DNA from: Burkholderiaceae bacterium
GTDB lineage: Bacteria; Pseudomonadota; Gammaproteobacteria; Burkholderiales; Burkholderiaceae_C
Assembly: GCA_024235915.1 (NCBI GenBank)
Contig: JACKLO010000025.1
Location: 3,554 to 67,553, forward strand
DNA length: 64,000 nt
Direction of reading: 5' to 3'
In this document: positions 59,987-64,000 of the stretch, in pieces
How the letters are laid out: each line of letters begins with the position of its first letter
Numbering within the stretch: the first letter of the stretch is position 1
Notes under the pieces: generated by a model
The model's database searches: none
The model's input: the letters and a program-made list of their open reading frames with translations, nothing else
Told to the model about the DNA's origin: nothing
Made by a program: the position numbers and the translations under genes

Positions 59987-61486
59987 TCAGGGGCGACCGG
60001 CGGCAGCGTCGTCCACGTCGGACTCGACGCGATTCTTGCCAGCCTGCTTGGCGCGCAACATGGCCTGGTCGGCGCGTTCCAGGCCGGAGGGCAGGCGCTC
60101 GCCAGGGTGCAGCAAGGCCACGCCGACACTGCAACCCAGACCCTGGCCGAGCGCGGCCACAGCGTCGACGATGCGTTGCGCCACGGCCTGCGCCGCCCGC
60201 GGCATGTCGGCATCGTCGACCTGCACGGCGACGACGAACTCGTCGCCGCCCAGCCGCCCGGCCACGTCACCCGGGCGCAGCGACGCGGTCAGCACACCCG
60301 CCACGGCCTGCAGCGCCCGGTCACCGGCGTCGTGGCCCTGGCCGTCGTTGATGGCCTTGAACCCGTCCAGGTCCAGGAAGAGCACGGCGCCGACCTGGCC
60401 GCGCGCGTGCTGGCGGCCCACCTGTTCCAGCCAGCCTGAGCGCGACGCCAGGCCGGTGAGCGGGTCGCGGCGCGCCGCGTCCACGCGGGCGGAAAGCTGC
60501 GCCACTTCGTGGACGCCGGTGCGCCCGCTGGCCTCGCCCCGTGCCGCTGAACGCACCTGGCTGGCCAGCCGGCGGCCAAGGGCAAACGACAGCGCCATGC
60601 CAACCAGCGTGAGCGGTACGCCCAGCACCAGCACCAGGCCGAGTTCGCGGCTGCGCTCGGCCTGCAGCGCGTCCACCGGCACGCCCAGCGCAACGTGCCA
60701 GCCCGTGGCGCCCACCGCCGCCACGGCGGTGTAGACGCGCCGGCCGTCGCGGGTGTCGGAGATGCCGATCTCGCCCGGGCCGCGGGCCAGCAGCGTCTGC
60801 AGGCTGGGCGTGGCCGGCTGCCCGACCCAGCGCTGTGCATCGTGCGAGCGGGCCGCGATGACGCGCCGCGGGTCCAGCACGCCGGCAATGCCTTCGGCCG
60901 GCAGCGGCATGGCCTGCAGCACGGCGTCCAGCGCCGTGGTGCGGACGCTGGCCACCAGGGCATGCGTGACGGCACCCTGGGGGTCGCGCAGCGGCACGGC
61001 AATGTCGATGGCATGCGCATCGGGCAGCGTGCCGATGCGCAACGGCATCACCCATGGCAGCCCGTCGCGCCAGAGCTCGGTTCGAGCCGCCAAGGCGGCT
61101 TGGAACGGTGCCGCGGCCACCGGCGAAGCCGTCGTGCGGACCCGCGGCACACCGCCCGGGGTGACCACGCCGATGCCGGCCAGCTGCGGGTCCGCCGCCA
61201 CGGTGCGCTCTGCGAACGCGGCCAGCAGGTCCCAGTGGCCCTGCTGCGCCGCAGGGCTCAGCGCCATCGTGCGCAGCATGCTGAGGTCGCGCTGCAGCAG
61301 GGCGTCCACCGCGGCGGCCAGCACCTCGGCCTGGCGCTGCAGGCGGTCGAACTGCCGGGCCTGTCGCTCTTCCAGCCGCACCCAGGTGAGGCCCAGCAGC
61401 AGCCCCAGCATCGGCAACGCGGCCGACAGACTGACCAGGACCATCCAGGTGCCGATGCCGAGATGGCGGCGGGCCGTGCGTGTCAT
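59987..61486 (-). CDS. Diguanylate cyclase with periplasmic Cache-like sensor
   Basis: Two TM segments flanking a periplasmic domain; DPLTGL, DLDGFKAIND..GHDAGD, RLGGDEF, RADQAM. Confidence 0.9.
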   Translation of the reverse strand: MTRTARRHLGIGTWMVLVSLSAALPMLGLLLGLTWVRLEERQARQFDRLQRQAEVLAAAVDALLQRDLSMLRTMALSPAAQQGHWDLLAAFAERTVAADPQLAGIGVVTPGGVPRVRTTASPVAAAPFQAALAARTELWRDGLPWVMPLRIGTLPDAHAIDIAVPLRDPQGAVTHALVASVRTTALDAVLQAMPLPAEGIAGVLDPRRVIAARSHDAQRWVGQPATPSLQTLLARGPGEIGISDTRDGRRVYTAVAAVGATGWHVALGVPVDALQAERSRELGLVLVLGVPLTLVGMALSFALGRRLASQVRSAARGEASGRTGVHEVAQLSARVDAARRDPLTGLASRSGWLEQVGRQHARGQVGAVLFLDLDGFKAINDGQGHDAGDRALQAVAGVLTASLRPGDVAGRLGGDEFVVAVQVDDADMPRAAQAVAQRIVDAVAALGQGLGCSVGVALLHPGERLPSGLERADQAMLRAKQAGKNRVESDVDDAAAGRP

Positions 61487-61541
61487 CGGGTTCGCACTGT
61501 AGCGCCCGCACAATGCCGCCACCCGTCCATGGAGACCCGAC

Positions 61542-62189
61542 ATGCCCGCCCTGACGCTCTACACGAACCCGCAATCCCGCGGCCGCATCGCCCGTTGGAT
61601 GCTGGAAGAGACCGGCCAGCCGTACGAGACGGTGGTGGTGGACTACGGCCCGGCCATGAAGGCGCATGACTACCGGGCCATCAACCCGATGGGCAAGGTG
61701 CCGGCGCTGAAGATCGGCGACACCGTGGTCACCGAGGTGCCCGCGATCCTGGCCACGCTGGCCGACGCCTTTCCCGACGCCGGCCTGGCGCCGCCGCCGG
61801 CCGAGCGGGGCGCCTACTACCGCTGGCTGTTCTTTGCCGCGGGCCCGCTGGAAGCCGCCATCACCAACCGTGCGCTGGGGGTGACCGTGCCGCCGGAGAA
61901 GCAGGGCTTCGTCGGCTACGGCGACTTTGATCGCGTGATGGACACGCTGGCCGCCGCGGTGGCGGGGCGCACATTCATTGCCGGGGATCGTTTCACGGCC
62001 GCCGACCTGTACGTGGCCTCGCACCTGAGCTTCGGGCTGATGTTCAAGTCGATCCCGGAACGGCCGGAGTTCGTGGCCTACGTGCAGGCGCATGCCGGCC
62101 GGCCGGCGCGGGTGCGCGCGAATGCGGCCGATGATGCGTTGATCGCCGCGGCCACGGCGGGTGCCGCGCCCAGCCAGGCCGGCAGCTGA
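61542..62189 (+). CDS. Glutathione S-transferase
   Basis: TNPQSRG, INPMGKVPAL, TEVPAI, GDRFTAAD. Confidence 0.92.
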   Translation: MPALTLYTNPQSRGRIARWMLEETGQPYETVVVDYGPAMKAHDYRAINPMGKVPALKIGDTVVTEVPAILATLADAFPDAGLAPPPAERGAYYRWLFFAAGPLEAAITNRALGVTVPPEKQGFVGYGDFDRVMDTLAAAVAGRTFIAGDRFTAADLYVASHLSFGLMFKSIPERPEFVAYVQAHAGRPARVRANAADDALIAAATAGAAPSQAGS

Positions 62190-63119
62190 TCAGACGTCGC
62201 GGATCCGTTCGCCGTCGCGCGCCAGCGCGCCGCCGTTCACCAGGTCGGCCACCACGTCCTGCAGCCAGTCGTGCGGCGTGGCACGGCCAGGCGGCGGCCA
62301 GCGTTCCCACACGCCGCGCAGCAGCGGCGTGGTCGCAGCCCAGTCCAGCAGCGCCGCCAGCGGCTGTTCGCGCTCTTCCATCAGGTGGTACTTCACCAGC
62401 ACCTTCACGGCATGGCGGGCGTGGCGGGCCGGGTCCTGCTGGAAGCCGCGGATGCGGGCGAAGGCACGGTCCAGCGCCGCGCTGACGTCGGTGAACGGCC
62501 GCCCGTGGCCGGGGATCACCACCTGCACCGGCAAGGCGGCGATGGTCTCCAGCACCATGGCCACGTCGTCGAAGCCGGGTTCGCCGTCGATCTCCGGGAA
62601 GACGACGCCGAAGCCGTGCTCCCACAGTGCATCAGCGCTCACCAGCACCCCGTGGGCGCGGTCGAACAGCATCACGGAATGCGGGTCGTGGCCCGGTGCG
62701 GCCAGCACCTCCCAGCAGCGGCCGCCGGCCTCCAGGGCCTCGCCGGGCTGCAGCAGACCCTGCGGTGAGAAGCGCTCCATGCGCTGGCCGGTGGCGGCGT
62801 AGCTCAGCGCCGCATCGTCCCAGGCGGTCACCGCCTCGGCCAGCCCGGGCGGGATGGCCACCGGCGCCCCGAAGGCGCGCTGCAGGCTGGCGTTGCCGCC
62901 GCAGTGGTCCGAATGCAAGTGGGTGTTGAGCACCTGCGCCAGCGGCTGCCCGCGCAGCGCCTCGCGCACCAGCGCCACGGTCTGCGGCGCGTGGTTGACG
63001 TGGCCGCTGTCCACCAGCACCGCGCCGGGTTCACCGCGGGCGGCATGGATCAGCAGGTTGTTCGACGACAACCAGCCCCGTTCCAGGACGGTGAGATGGT
63101 CCAGCACCAAGTCAGGCAT
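62190..63119 (-). CDS. Metallo-beta-lactamase fold hydrolase
   Basis: ERGWLSSN, THLHSDHCGGN, APGHD, SADALW, IPGHG. Confidence 0.9.
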   Translation of the reverse strand: MPDLVLDHLTVLERGWLSSNNLLIHAARGEPGAVLVDSGHVNHAPQTVALVREALRGQPLAQVLNTHLHSDHCGGNASLQRAFGAPVAIPPGLAEAVTAWDDAALSYAATGQRMERFSPQGLLQPGEALEAGGRCWEVLAAPGHDPHSVMLFDRAHGVLVSADALWEHGFGVVFPEIDGEPGFDDVAMVLETIAALPVQVVIPGHGRPFTDVSAALDRAFARIRGFQQDPARHARHAVKVLVKYHLMEEREQPLAALLDWAATTPLLRGVWERWPPPGRATPHDWLQDVVADLVNGGALARDGERIRDV

Positions 63120-63143
63120 GCGGCCATTCTGAACGGCGCCGCG

Positions 63144-63160
63144 TGCCCCTGTATGGTGCG
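63144..63160. promoter_or_regulatory. Putative NtrC-type enhancer site
   Basis: TGCCCCTGTATGGTGCG resembles TGCACC-N5-GGTGCA; ~55 bp upstream of the sigma54 motif. Confidence 0.55.
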
Positions 63161-63214
63161 CCGCAACAATCTGACCGGGCATCCGGGTCTTGCTCACCCC
63201 ATTGACATCGGCGC

Positions 63215-63230
63215 TGGCACATACCCTGCA
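63215..63230 (+). promoter_or_regulatory. Sigma54 (-24/-12) promoter
   Basis: TGGCACATACCCTGCA with GG-N10-GC spacing, 32 bp upstream of the amt start. Confidence 0.7.
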
Positions 63231-63262
63231 TGCAGTCATCTGTCGCCGCCAAGGCCCCTCTG

Positions 63263-64000
63263 ATGCCGTTGCCCATCGACCTGCTCTGGCTCCTGCTGTG
63301 CGCCGCACTGGTGTTCACGATGCAGGCAGGTTTCCTGTGCCTGGAAACCGGGCTGACGCGCAGCAAGAACGCCACCAACGTGGCGGCCAAGAACCTGGCG
63401 GACTTTGCGGTGGCCGCACTGGCCTTCTGGGCCCTGGGCTTCGGCCTGATGTTCGGGCCCACGGTGGGCGGCGCCTTCGGCAGCGGATGGTTCGGCGTGG
63501 CCGACCAGTTGCCGCGCGACCCCGGCCTGATGAGCTTCCTGCTCTTCCAGCTGATGTTCTGCGCCACGGCAACGACCATCGTGTCAGGGGCGGTGGCCGA
63601 GCGCATGCGCTTCGGCGCCTACCTGGGCACCTCGCTGCTGATCTCGCTGCTGGTCTACCCCGTCTTTGGCCACTGGGCCTGGGGCGGCGCCTGGGGCGGC
63701 CAGGGCCAGGGCTGGCTGGCGCGTCTGGGTTTCGTGGACTTCGCCGGCTCCACCGTGGTGCACAGCGTGGGTGGCTGGGTGGCCCTGGTGGCGGTGCTGC
63801 GCGTGGGGCCGCGCCACGGGCGCTTCGTGGCTGGCGAGGCACCACGCGTGATCCCGGCCGGCAACCTGCCCATCGCGATGCTGGGCGTACTGCTGCTGAG
63901 CTTCGGCTGGCTGGGCTTCAACGGCGGCAGCACCCTGGCCTTCGACGCCCGCGTGCCAGGCATCCTGGTGGACACCACGCTGGCGGCCGTGGCCGGTTGC
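63263..64000 (+). CDS. Ammonium transporter (Amt) domain protein, truncated at window end
   Basis: Manual translation: MQAGFLCLETGLTRSKN, FQLMFCATATTIVSGAVAERM, DFAGSTVVHSVGGW, GWLGFNGGS. Confidence 0.9.
   Translation, partial: MPLPIDLLWLLLCAALVFTMQAGFLCLETGLTRSKNATNVAAKNLADFAVAALAFWALGFGLMFGPTVGGAFGSGWFGVADQLPRDPGLMSFLLFQLMFCATATTIVSGAVAERMRFGAYLGTSLLISLLVYPVFGHWAWGGAWGGQGQGWLARLGFVDFAGSTVVHSVGGWVALVAVLRVGPRHGRFVAGEAPRVIPAGNLPIAMLGVLLLSFGWLGFNGGSTLAFDARVPGILVDTTLAAVAGC

Overview
High-GC betaproteobacterial chromosomal window (Burkholderiales-like by gene content). From left to right it holds: a type IV minor pilin operon (pilE-fimT-pilV-pilW-pilX-pilY1, running off the left edge); ruvB and ruvA split by a copper-chaperone pair; a two-component system; phoH-ybeY; an ~18 kb maltodextrin/starch-utilisation locus (TonB receptor, flavin-dependent tryptophan-halogenase homologue, MalEFG, two GH13 enzymes, MATE, SDR, glucokinase and Glk-HexR fusion with HexR-type boxes); a PEP-CTERM protein; SAH riboswitch-metH; a 4-hydroxybenzoate/hydroxycinnamate catabolic cluster; a frameshifted hybrid kinase; rlmI-xerC-DUF484-dapF; two lipid A acyltransferases; SAM-II riboswitch-metK; a TA pair with an MmeI-like type IIL restriction-modification gene; and GGDEF, GST, MBL and a sigma54/NtrC-type amt gene (truncated at the right edge). 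The most unusual signals are: (1) two 460-540 bp non-coding giant-hairpin inserts with different interiors but the same inverted terminal motif (ACCCGGAGCGGACGTT); (2) a halogenase homologue embedded in the sugar-uptake operon; (3) a synonymously recoded duplication of the xerC 3' end around a hairpin cassette; (4) an RM gene with a compositionally foreign specificity segment; (5) widespread apparently leaderless genes. Several single-base indels suggest some sequencing error. All calls come from motif recognition, with no database searches.
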